This document shows positions 21,201 to 28,057 of a stretch of DNA of 64,000 nucleotides, one piece after another. The stretch's first letter is position 1. Each line of letters begins with the position of its first letter. Location: positions 7,253 through 71,252 of the forward strand of contig CAZFMN010000002.1 of assembly GCA_964520075.1 (NCBI GenBank). Direction: 5' to 3'. The DNA comes from an uncultured Halobacteriales archaeon. GTDB taxonomy: Archaea > Halobacteriota > Halobacteria > Halobacteriales > Haloarculaceae. The notes under the pieces were generated by a model. That model ran no database searches and was not told the origin of the DNA. It saw only the letters and a list, made by a program, of their open reading frames with translations. Position numbers and translations under genes: made by a program.

Positions 21201-23392
21201 GTTACTTCGCGGGTGAGGGCCACGTTCACGAGGGTGCCGGTGTCACACTCGTCGTCGAGTCGGAGGCCGACGAACTCGACAGCCACCTCCGCGAACTCGG
21301 GGAGAGGGTCTTCGGCGTGTCACCGACCGTCGAGGACCGCGGGACGCGTCGCGTGCTCATCTTCGGTGGGCGCCATCTCTCGCGGTACTTCGAGGACAAC
21401 GGCTGGACGAGAGACGACGGGAACGAGGGCACGGCGAGCGCGTCCGTTCCCGGGGCGGTTCTCGCCGGTGACGAGACAGTCGCGAAGTCGTTCCTCCGCG
21501 GCCTGTTCGAGGCCGACGGGACCGCATCCCGCACGGTCGAACTGTCGACAGTGTCCTCGACACTCGCAGACCAGGTACAGACTCTGTTGCTCTCCCTGGG
21601 CTGTGTGTTCGTTCGAGAGAGCCTCGACGTGGCGGAGAGAGACGACCACTCCGGGGAGCGAACCCGATACAGTCTGCGCGGCGCGAACAGACGCGAGGAC
21701 GTGCGCTTCCTGGATGAGGTCGGCTTCATCACGAACGCCACGGATATCGAACTGACCGCACAGTCGTACCGAAACGACACGTACCCGCCAGCCGTCGTCG
21801 ATGCGCTGCGCGCTGTCGACGGGTACGACTCGGTGAGCGAGGGGGTCAGACAGCGTGTCAATCAGTCGCGCGCAAACGGTTCCGTCTCCCGAAAGCTCGT
21901 CAGGGACGTCGAATCCGAAACCGGCGGAGCGGTTCGACTCGACGGGAGACGGCTCACCGAGTTCTACGCGGCAACGGTCGAGTCGGTGACAGAGACAACC
22001 GCGTACACGAAAGACATCAGCGTTCCGTCGAACAACACCTACATCGCGAACGGGTTCGTGACCCACAACACCACCTCGATGATCGGTAACACGTCGGGCG
22101 GATGTGAGCCGATTCCGAACGTCGCCTACTACAAGAACGTCTCCGACGACGTGCAGGGCGACGAGATGCTGGTGGAGTTCGACGACTACTTCCTCCGGGT
22201 GCTCGAGGCGAACGACATCAACATCGAGTCGGTGAAGAAGGAGGCGAAACACCAGATGGCGAACAACGAGTACGCCGGAATCGAGGGGCTGGCGACCGTC
22301 CCGGACGAGATCGGCGAACTGTTCGTCGTCACGGCGGACCTCGACGGACGAGACCACGCACAGGTCCAGGTCGCATGTCAGGAGGGTGTCGATTCGGCCA
22401 TCTCGAAGACAGTGAACGCCCCGAACGGCGCCACGGTCGAGGACACGAGGTCGGTGTTCGAGTACATCTACGACCACGGCGGAAAGGGGGTGACCTACTA
22501 CCGCGACGGCACGCGGTCGAAGCAGGTCATCACCACGCGCGCACAGAACACGGAGTTCGCCGACGAGGGCGAGGCAACGGTCGAGGAGATACTCGAGGCC
22601 ATCGAGGCGTCGCTCGGCGGTCTCGACGAGTTCCTCGAGCAGGACGCCGTCCGTGCCGAGATAGAGGACCAGGTATCCGACCTCGTGGAGGCCGAACCGG
22701 CGGAGACGGGAGCGGTGGCCGACGACCAGACGGCCGACCAGCAGTTCGCACAGAAGCGGCCACGCCCGGACGTGTTGCACGGTGTCACACAGCGGATCGA
22801 GACGGGGTACGGCAAGCTCTACGTGAGTATCAACGAGGACCCCGTGGCCGACCGGCCGTTCGAGCTGTTCGCGACGATCGGGAGCTCCGGCGGGTTCACC
22901 GCCTCGTTCACCGAGGCGCTGGCGAAGACAATCTCGACGGCACTACGCGCGGGTGTCGACCCCCACGAGATCGCCGACGAACTCCAGGGCATCCGCTCGC
23001 CGAAGGTTGCCTGGGACAAGGGCGAGCAGATTCAGTCGGTTCCGGACGCCATCGGCACCGCACTGAAACGGTACATCGAGGGCGATATCGACATGAGCTA
23101 CCCACAGCAACAGACACTGGAGGAGACAGCCGAGGAGTCCAGAACCGCCGAGGACTCCAACCGGGGTCTGCCGACATCGGGACGCGAGACCGACGGCGGT
23201 GTCGCCTCACAGTCGACCGGAGACACCCCCTCGGGGTCGACCCGAGACGCAGACAGCGCGGCCGGGTCCGACACGGCGGGGGAGGCCATCGAGGCCGGCG
23301 AGAACCCGGAGTGCCCGAACTGCGGCGGGCTGTCGCTGCACTACTCCGAGGGCTGCAAGACCTGCCAGACCTGCGGCTGGTCGGAGTGTTGA
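15233..23392 (+). CDS. nrdJ: Adenosylcobalamin-dependent (class II) ribonucleotide reductase precursor with 4 inteins
   Basis: PNSPTLMNAG, QLSACFV, TNP/CGEQ, EACNLG, IAPTG/TTS, DSAISKTVN, GKGVTYYRDG; C-terminal TSCPD-type domain and zinc ribbon. Spliced product ~1067 aa. Confidence 0.95.
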   Translation: MSEQPVADDLTLPIKRTDGETVKERLTDNAYHNILPARYLRKDSNGEPVEKQEELFERVAKNIALAEAVFEADKQGVDVTVTPDQLKPDHPRRDELAAEVFGTGVTVEDDIERPLTEHNVNKFAYETIVPELPESVRDHVETTAAEFQEAMEKLSVLPNSPTLMNAGDELQQLSACFVDSPADDIDDIHQTAKEAAEVFQCLTDDASVAVDGKGVVSVAEVEPGDEIRQRDGDGYQTRTVAETHAYGDAPVHRVTTTAGIELTGTPNHELCVDGDWTRIDEIAPGDTLSVRLDWLTDADDTTELRTVESGARRDVDRAVDNSEIRELHAEGLSDHEIADRLDCSASTVRRRRANELGLDPNGSGGHPRGSVGFDTDAFERLYEAGHTDPEVTDELDRHQATVGQYRTAQSLEPNGDPVKAVTQPTELTPELAELLGMWVGDGSTHEDGIRLHLQSEETLEHADWLCRDLFGAGLDWQFEDGCYDAVLHSHEIRRFWLANFGAANPDAPAASVPDAVWRADRDTVAAFLRGLFSTGGGLQRDRYPRLWSASQELVDGVQTLLLGLGIPAARWELDSRERESQNVGPTGEVGLTRFADRIGFVDGRDDEMAAALKETAFDGTTFGTVHDGQRWSVPVESVESAGTATVHDVTVAGNHEYLADGVVSHNSGGGMGYAFWKLRPYGDPVGSTGGIASGPVTFMRTYDQMCFPPETSVLTPDGYQPIEDVRKGDIVIDETGERQPVTETMERTVNEELVEIVPERLNKPIRATGEHPFKVLRDNGFEWVDAEELETDDFLVLGHATDSNELELGESVDITDIASGPLVFTDGGVTVNRDYYGTRKGTTPQAFADEVPVEALATLAGWYLAEGCVVYRRGIPSEVTFTLHSDEHEAAEEVQNALDAFGVSSRIETVENRNTQHIHAEHTSFAQFIDSLFGTGASKKEVPEVLWNAPPETQTRVLETLFAGDGRLETRGKSQRVQLKLVNEEIIDFVFQAGLRCGVQFSRHDRTPDNRQPTYSVGVSVSSALGTPLERLFDDVDDDFVPRDRTKQARGHEIVAIDSLDRVEYEGPVYNAEVAETHSYVAEDVVVHNCETIAQGGARRGAQMGVMRISHPDVIQFVHAKNKDVSLANTLRLNDPDDFTHTSFAEALEEARGLIDEEGHVPEHLRNAVEGHLSNFNISVGVTDRFMEAVKDDEAYTFTNPRTEEPHVATEETVELYEMFGLGEHVEVGEVLSVPARELWDHIIEGAHENGEPGVVYLERINEQHSFDVEEHPDHRILATNPCVTGDTLISTENGLVTAEELYEQGVARDIVVDGRRSEERVKEASSVYRTGEKEVYRLTTEEGYELRLTADHRVMTDDGWAEAGSLDPGDTVHIQNRKGEFGDHGSAAEGRVLGWLVGDGHLKHGEERAVLNFYDEDAELSGRFAEDVNEVVRDPLGNANYGVGVSDISRSDEYRGAQAVEQRIRSARLYEYAERAGLAEGKLQVPGAVRRGSEEMARGFLKALFTADGHVEGTPETGLSVRLTSISPDLLRSVQRLLTNFGIRSRLYEDRKTGGRKPLPDGHGGTNEYETSSSHQLSVSSAHLRTFEEEIGFLRADKSERLSGALDSYSRGPYTGRFEATVDAVEADGIEDVYDLTEPDTESFVANGVVVHNCGEQPLEEYEACNLGHINLSTLAAEGAPDWRVWSERHGDEHETEAAAVEAFLSEALDFEEFDRRIELGTRFLENVVTMSDFPVEEIEKTVREMRKIGLGIMGLAQLYIQLGVRYGGDTANEIARQVMVYINHQSKQTSHELATERGSFTEWDNSKYADPTEYREWFEHHVGVPAEEWEDGYPIRNHNTTTIAPTGCVEESSLVSTDSGLVPIQELDETTAEFEQWSEIAVDVSTDGGTKPATAVYDNGFADARQIETEGGFSVTSTPEHRFRTISADGEYAWRAAAEFEPGDRILLRRNTADGGTRSSLDTSASETDHDGLCLPGEMTPELAEFLGYFAGEGHVHEGAGVTLVVESEADELDSHLRELGERVFGVSPTVEDRGTRRVLIFGGRHLSRYFEDNGWTRDDGNEGTASASVPGAVLAGDETVAKSFLRGLFEADGTASRTVELSTVSSTLADQVQTLLLSLGCVFVRESLDVAERDDHSGERTRYSLRGANRREDVRFLDEVGFITNATDIELTAQSYRNDTYPPAVVDALRAVDGYDSVSEGVRQRVNQSRANGSVSRKLVRDVESETGGAVRLDGRRLTEFYAATVESVTETTAYTKDISVPSNNTYIANGFVTHNTTSMIGNTSGGCEPIPNVAYYKNVSDDVQGDEMLVEFDDYFLRVLEANDINIESVKKEAKHQMANNEYAGIEGLATVPDEIGELFVVTADLDGRDHAQVQVACQEGVDSAISKTVNAPNGATVEDTRSVFEYIYDHGGKGVTYYRDGTRSKQVITTRAQNTEFADEGEATVEEILEAIEASLGGLDEFLEQDAVRAEIEDQVSDLVEAEPAETGAVADDQTADQQFAQKRPRPDVLHGVTQRIETGYGKLYVSINEDPVADRPFELFATIGSSGGFTASFTEALAKTISTALRAGVDPHEIADELQGIRSPKVAWDKGEQIQSVPDAIGTALKRYIEGDIDMSYPQQQTLEETAEESRTAEDSNRGLPTSGRETDGGVASQSTGDTPSGSTRDADSAAGSDTAGEAIEAGENPECPNCGGLSLHYSEGCKTCQTCGWSEC
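15833..17230 (+). mobile_element. Intein 1 (466 aa), LAGLIDADG-type with tandem HTH insert
   Basis: AEVFQ|CLTDD...GVVSHN|SGGG; block B TPNH; LGMWVGDG and FLRGLFSTGG motifs. Confidence 0.92.
17348..18499 (+). mobile_element. Intein 2 (384 aa) with LAGLIDADG endonuclease
   Basis: YDQM|CFPPET...VVVHN|CETIAQ; block B TGEH; AGWYLAEG and LETLFAGDG motifs. Confidence 0.93.
19079..20194 (+). mobile_element. Intein 3 (372 aa) at the catalytic Cys (RIR1-b-type site)
   Basis: ATNP|CVTGDT...GVVVHN|CGEQ; block B TADH; LGWLVGDG and LKALFTADG motifs. Confidence 0.95.
20780..22069 (+). mobile_element. Intein 4 (430 aa) with LAGLIDADG endonuclease
   Basis: IAPTG|CVEESS...GFVTHN|TTSM; block B TPEH; LGYFAGEG and LRGLFEADG motifs. 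Confidence 0.93.
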
Positions 23393-23401
23393 GAGGAAAC
23401 G

Positions 23402-23515
23402 ATGCCAACCGCCTCACGATGTCCACGGTGTGACGAGCGGCTCTACAGGCGCCACTGCAAGTACGTCTGTCCGAACCACGGGCCGGTGTACGACTGCTCG
23501 GACCCGTTCGCGTGA
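23402..23515 (+). CDS. 37-aa zinc-finger microprotein (HVO_2523-like)
   Basis: Not in the ORF track. Translated by hand: MPTASRCPRCDERLYRRHCKYVCPNHGPVYDCSDPFA; GAGG upstream; 9 nt after the nrdJ stop. Confidence 0.85.
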   Translation: MPTASRCPRCDERLYRRHCKYVCPNHGPVYDCSDPFA

Positions 23516-23525
23516 GCGCCCGGGG

Positions 23526-24002
23526 TCAGTCCTCGACGACGACGACACAGCAGTGGTCGTGAACAGGACAGCGCACGACGTGTGTCCCCGCCTCGCGGAA
23601 CGTGTGTTCGAACGTCTGACCCACACCTGTGACACGCTCGCTCGACAGTGCCGCGCTCTCCGCGGCGAGACGGTGCGGTTCGGTGTCCTCCCACAGCCAC
23701 ACGACGCTCTCACCGGTGGCTATCTCGACCACGGCCGGGTCGAACTGTTTCTCGCTCGCACTGACACTGACGATGGGGTTGCGGGCCGAACTGACCTCCG
23801 GAACCTCGACGCGGCTGTCCTCCGGCTGATTCATCTTGCGGGTGGGTCCGTCCGGAAGCACAGTCATCTCTACGGTCACCTTTCCCGAGCCGTGTTTGCC
23901 ACCCGAGGAGGTTGCGGTCGACGAGACGAGACAGAGTTCCCCGTCGAAAACGAGCAGGTCGCCCTCCGATAGCTCCTCGATATCTCGCTCGGTGGTCTCC
24001 AT
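23526..24002 (-). CDS. aIF5A-like N-domain fused to a cupredoxin-like domain (158 aa)
   Basis: aa 1-70 parallel the aIF5A N-domain (ELSEGD..C....SSGGKHGSGK...QPEDSRVEVP); aa 80-158 are halocyanin-like (FDPAVVEI, VWLW, PH, GQTFEHTF..AGT...CPVH). TATTTAT ~27 bp upstream of ATG 24002. Confidence 0.75.
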   Translation of the reverse strand: METTERDIEELSEGDLLVFDGELCLVSSTATSSGGKHGSGKVTVEMTVLPDGPTRKMNQPEDSRVEVPEVSSARNPIVSVSASEKQFDPAVVEIATGESVVWLWEDTEPHRLAAESAALSSERVTGVGQTFEHTFREAGTHVVRCPVHDHCCVVVVED

Positions 24003-24119
24003 TGCTGGCCTGTCGTGCAGTGACAGATAAATAGCTGTTGCTAGCACCGACAGGCACGGTCGACGTGTCTGGCTCGGCGTCAGCGTCAGGTTTTCTACCG
24101 AGGCCCGCCACGACTGTCT

Positions 24120-25919
24120 GTGTCCGAACAGCAACCGGTAGAGACGTTCCTCCGGGTGCCGGGTGCCCGCGCGGGGGTCGCGTCACCGGACGGGGAGCGC
24201 GTGGCGTTCTATCACGAGGAGGGTCGACAGCGGGAACTGCGTGTGCTCGACGTGAGGACCGGCGACCGCGAGCGGTTGACCGGTGGCGGGTCGGGTTCGC
24301 AGATGAGCGGGCATCTCGCCTGGCGTGGCGACGACGAGGTCCTCTACCACCACCGGGAGCAGGACGGGACAGACAGTATCCACGCGGTCAGCCTCGACGG
24401 GCAGGTCCGTCCAATCGTCACCCGGAGCGGGCGCTGTCTCCTGACCGACGTCTCCGCGGACACCCGACAGCTCCTGTTCCTGTGTGAGAGAGACGGGGAG
24501 ACCAACCTCTGTCGGCACGACACCCGGACCGGCGAGACGGTGCAACTGGTCACGCAGGGGGAGGTACAGGGGGCGAAGCTGTCACCCGGCGGCGAGTGGG
24601 TCGCCTACACGACGGCGGGGGACACCGGGGGTGTCGAGAGCGCGGCTGTCCGCCTGGTGGACCGCCACGGCGGGGACCCGGTCGCGCTGTCACTCGGGAG
24701 GACGGGGGTCGGTGTCAGGGACTGGACAGCAGGTCGACTGCTGGTCGACGCGTGGGGGGTCGACCGACCGAGCTGTGGCGTCGTTCGGCTCGCCAGGGCG
24801 GGTGGGACCGACGGTGGACCCCGCATCGAGAGCGAGCACTGGGTCGGGAGTGACACACACCGGGAGCACCCGATTCAGTTTCTCGGGACCGACCGTATCC
24901 TCGCCGAGCGGGTGACGAGACGGGCGACACTCGTGCCGGTCGTCCACAGTCTCACCGACGAGGCGACAGTGCTGGATGTGGACGACGGTGTCGCGGATTT
25001 CGCCGGCGAGGGGTACGGCGCGGCACTCGCGGACGGGAGTCTCCTCGTCGGCTACCGCTCACCCGACACCGCGGCGAGTCTCTACCGGTACGACCCGGCG
25101 GCAGGCGAGTCTCACCCCCTGTTCGAACCGAGCAGTGAGGCGTTCGGCCCCGAGCCGTTCGTCGGTGCGAAACACGTCGTCGTGGAGTCCGGGGAGGGTG
25201 TCCGGGTCGGCGGAATCCTGTACCGGGCTGGTGAGACAGAGGCACCGTCACCGGTCGTCGTTCGGGTCTCCGGCTCACCCGGTCGCACCACGCTCCAGCG
25301 GTTCGACCCCTCGACACAGTATCTCTTGGGGCGGGGGTACAGCGTCCTCTGGGTCAACCAGCGCGGCCCGAACCGGTATCTGCGGTCCCAGCAGTCACTC
25401 GATGGGGAGTTCGGGGGCGGAGACCAGCGTGACATCGCCGCCGTGGCCGACTGGCTCGCGGGTCGGGACTGGGTCGACGAGCGCCGTCTCGGTATCCTCG
25501 GCCGCCACTACGGCGGCTACTGTGCGTACATGCAACTGCTGCGAGACGACACCCGGTTCGCCGCCGGTGTCGCCTGGGGGGGACCCGGTGACCTGGTCGC
25601 ACTCCGGCGGAACGAGGCAACCGACCGGCGGGTGCGTGCCGAGATGGAGCGACTGCTCGGGGAGAGCGAGGAGACGTGGCGAGAGCGGAGTCCGGTCGAA
25701 CACGTCGAGAGCCTCGAAACACCCCTGGCTGTCGTCCACGCCGTCGAAGACAGCAGTATCCCGGTCGAGCAGTCCCGACAGATGCGGACAGCGCTCCGCG
25801 AGGCCGGGTTCGAGGAGGGCGAGGCGTTCGTCTACCACGAACTGACGGGGGCAGAGGCCACGAGTCGCACCGCCGCGGGCTACCGGACCGTCGGGGAGTT
25901 CCTCGACCGCAGGCTCTGA
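24120..25919 (+). CDS. S9 (prolyl oligopeptidase/acylaminoacyl peptidase) homologue, probably inactive
   Basis: Beta-propeller (SPDG repeats) plus alpha/beta hydrolase domain; nucleophile elbow reads GRHYGG instead of GxSYGG. Confidence 0.8.
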   Translation: MSEQQPVETFLRVPGARAGVASPDGERVAFYHEEGRQRELRVLDVRTGDRERLTGGGSGSQMSGHLAWRGDDEVLYHHREQDGTDSIHAVSLDGQVRPIVTRSGRCLLTDVSADTRQLLFLCERDGETNLCRHDTRTGETVQLVTQGEVQGAKLSPGGEWVAYTTAGDTGGVESAAVRLVDRHGGDPVALSLGRTGVGVRDWTAGRLLVDAWGVDRPSCGVVRLARAGGTDGGPRIESEHWVGSDTHREHPIQFLGTDRILAERVTRRATLVPVVHSLTDEATVLDVDDGVADFAGEGYGAALADGSLLVGYRSPDTAASLYRYDPAAGESHPLFEPSSEAFGPEPFVGAKHVVVESGEGVRVGGILYRAGETEAPSPVVVRVSGSPGRTTLQRFDPSTQYLLGRGYSVLWVNQRGPNRYLRSQQSLDGEFGGGDQRDIAAVADWLAGRDWVDERRLGILGRHYGGYCAYMQLLRDDTRFAAGVAWGGPGDLVALRRNEATDRRVRAEMERLLGESEETWRERSPVEHVESLETPLAVVHAVEDSSIPVEQSRQMRTALREAGFEEGEAFVYHELTGAEATSRTAAGYRTVGEFLDRRL

Positions 25920-26047
25920 GTGTACAGTTCGACCTGCCCTGACCCGGTCCGACACGTAGTGTGCGGGTACCCACCTCCACAGGAGTGGCGGATACCGGGG
26001 CCGCGTGGGCGCGAAAGGCACTCCTGGGCGGGGGACCAACTCGGGGT

Positions 26048-26728
26048 ATGGAGGATGTCGTCTGTTCCTGGAGCGGGGGGAAAGAGAGCACGCTCGCGCT
26101 CGAGTCGGTGCTGACGGAGACGTCGTTCGAGGTTGCGGCTCTGATGACCACCGCGGTGGAGGGTGCCAGTCGGATGAGCATCCACGGGGTCCGCCTCGAC
26201 CTGCTCGAACGGCAGGCGAGTGCACTCGGGTTCCCGCTGGATGTCGTCAGGATTCCGGAGAACGCGACGGGTGAGGGGTACGTCCAGACGATGACCGACG
26301 TGTTCTCGGGGTACGTCGAGACGGGGGTCGACCGGCTGATTCTCGGTGACGTGTTCAGCGAGGACGACCCCGATTTCAGGGGGACCGCGATGGAGTCGAC
26401 GGGGCTGTCCTCGTACTGCCCACTGCTCGATGCGGAGACCGGGGCGCTCGTCCGGCGGTTCCTGGACGGCGGGTACGAGGCCGTCACCGTCGCCGTCGAC
26501 GAGAGCCTCGGCCGCGAGTTCGCCGGCCGGACCGTCGACGAGACGTTCCTCGAGGACCTGCCGGAGACCGCAGACCCCGCCGGCGAGGCCGGGGAGTACC
26601 ACACGTTCGTCCGCGACGGACCGGTGTTCGACCGCCGTGTCGCGTTCGAGCGTGGCGACATCGTCGAACGAGACACTGTCGACGGTGCGATGGTGTACGC
26701 AGACCTCGTTCCGGCAGAGACAGCGTGA
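26048..26728 (+). CDS. Diphthine-ammonia ligase-like (Dph6/DUF71) ATP pyrophosphatase family protein
   Basis: SWSGGKES PP-loop, SIHGVR, DPAGEAGEYHTFVRDGP. Confidence 0.82.
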   Translation: MEDVVCSWSGGKESTLALESVLTETSFEVAALMTTAVEGASRMSIHGVRLDLLERQASALGFPLDVVRIPENATGEGYVQTMTDVFSGYVETGVDRLILGDVFSEDDPDFRGTAMESTGLSSYCPLLDAETGALVRRFLDGGYEAVTVAVDESLGREFAGRTVDETFLEDLPETADPAGEAGEYHTFVRDGPVFDRRVAFERGDIVERDTVDGAMVYADLVPAETA

Positions 26729-26785
26729 CCGTTCCGCGGGCGCGTGAACCGGGTCGTGCCCTCTCCCTGCCCGTGCCTGTTGCCG

Positions 26786-27196
26786 TCAGTACCGCGGGGC
26801 GTTCTCGCGCACGAACTCGACAATCTCGTCGAGCGAGGCCCCCGGTCCGAAGATGGCCTCCACACCCAGTTCCCGCAACCGGTCCTCCTCGCTGACGATC
26901 CCCCCGACGATGATCATCGTGTCGTCGAACGCGTCGTACTCTCGCAGTCCCTCGATGACCTTCGGCACGTGCGTGTGCTCGGCACCCGAGTGGATGGAGA
27001 TACCGATGACGTTCACGTCCTCCTGAACGGCCATCTGGACCACCTCGTCCGGGGTCCGGTGGAGACCCGAGTACACCACCTCGAACCCCGCGTCCCGGAA
27101 TTTCCGGCTGATGATGTTCGCCCCCCGGTCGTGGCCGTCGAGACCGACCTTCGCGACCAGCACGCGGATCGGGGGACTGTCTTGTTCGGCTGGCAT
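26786..27196 (-). CDS. B12-binding subunit of a methylmalonyl-CoA mutase-type enzyme
   Basis: KVGLDGHDRGA (DxHxxG), GISIHSG, VGGI motifs. Confidence 0.92.
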   Translation of the reverse strand: MPAEQDSPPIRVLVAKVGLDGHDRGANIISRKFRDAGFEVVYSGLHRTPDEVVQMAVQEDVNVIGISIHSGAEHTHVPKVIEGLREYDAFDDTMIIVGGIVSEEDRLRELGVEAIFGPGASLDEIVEFVRENAPRY

Positions 27197-27418
27197 AGTC
27201 ACCGGCTCTATCCGGACGGTAGTTCCCTCCTGGGTATATGCTCTTCGACAGTGCCCGATGTCGTCGGTAGCTGTCCAGGACGGCCCCGGCGGATAACGCT
27301 CGATACCGCACGGGGGCCGGCGCAGGCATCCACCGGGCGACAGACCGCCTCGTTCACCACAGTCGGGCCCCCGTGTCTCTCACCTGTGTGGTCGAACCGT
27401 CGACCGTCCGCGTACAGG

Positions 27419-27952
27419 TCAGTAGGTGGGTTCGGTCTCGGGTTCGCCCTCGCGGCTGTTGACGAGACGGGCGAACGTGAACAGCACGTCCGACAGGCGG
27501 TTGAGGTAGGACAGCGCCGTCCCGTTCACGTACTCGTCGTCGGGGATAGCGACCACGCGGCGCTCCGCGCGCCGGCAGACGGACCGGGCGTAGTGGAGCC
27601 GGCTGCCCGCGTCGCCGCCACCCGGGACGATGAAGTGTGTGAGCGGGTCCAGTTCCTCGTCGGCGGTGTCTATCCACTCCTCGAGGAGGTCGGTGTGTTC
27701 TGCTGTTATCTCCGGGCTGTCGGCGTCCGCGTCGGGTGTCGCCAGTTCGGCCTGTACTATGTGGAGGTGGTTCTGTATCGTCTCCAGATGTTCGTCGACG
27801 TCGTCGTGTCCGGTCGGGATGGCGTGCCCGAGGAGCGCGTTCGTCTCGTCGACGGTCCCGTACGCCTCGATGCGGGGGTTCGTCTTCGACACGCGGCTCT
27901 CGCCCCGGAGGTCGGTCTGACCGTCGTCGCCTCGGCGGGTGTAGATTCGCAT
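27419..27952 (-). CDS. pduO: ATP:cob(I)alamin adenosyltransferase, PduO type
   Basis: IYTRRGDDGQT, YGTVDETN, RSVCRRAERR, YLNRLSD. Confidence 0.93.
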   Translation of the reverse strand: MRIYTRRGDDGQTDLRGESRVSKTNPRIEAYGTVDETNALLGHAIPTGHDDVDEHLETIQNHLHIVQAELATPDADADSPEITAEHTDLLEEWIDTADEELDPLTHFIVPGGGDAGSRLHYARSVCRRAERRVVAIPDDEYVNGTALSYLNRLSDVLFTFARLVNSREGEPETEPTY

Positions 27953-28057
27953 ACCCCGGGTACGGCTGTGGTTCACTTCAAACATTTGATTATAAGCCGA
28001 CACGACGAGCGTGGCCGTGGTCCGGGGCGACCATCTTCGACTCGCCCGTCGCGGTGG

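Noticed and set aside
18560-22780. Long minus-strand ORFs opposite nrdJ (730 and 486 aa) and similar shadows elsewhere
   Set aside because: Codon-mirror artefacts of acidic, GC-rich genes.
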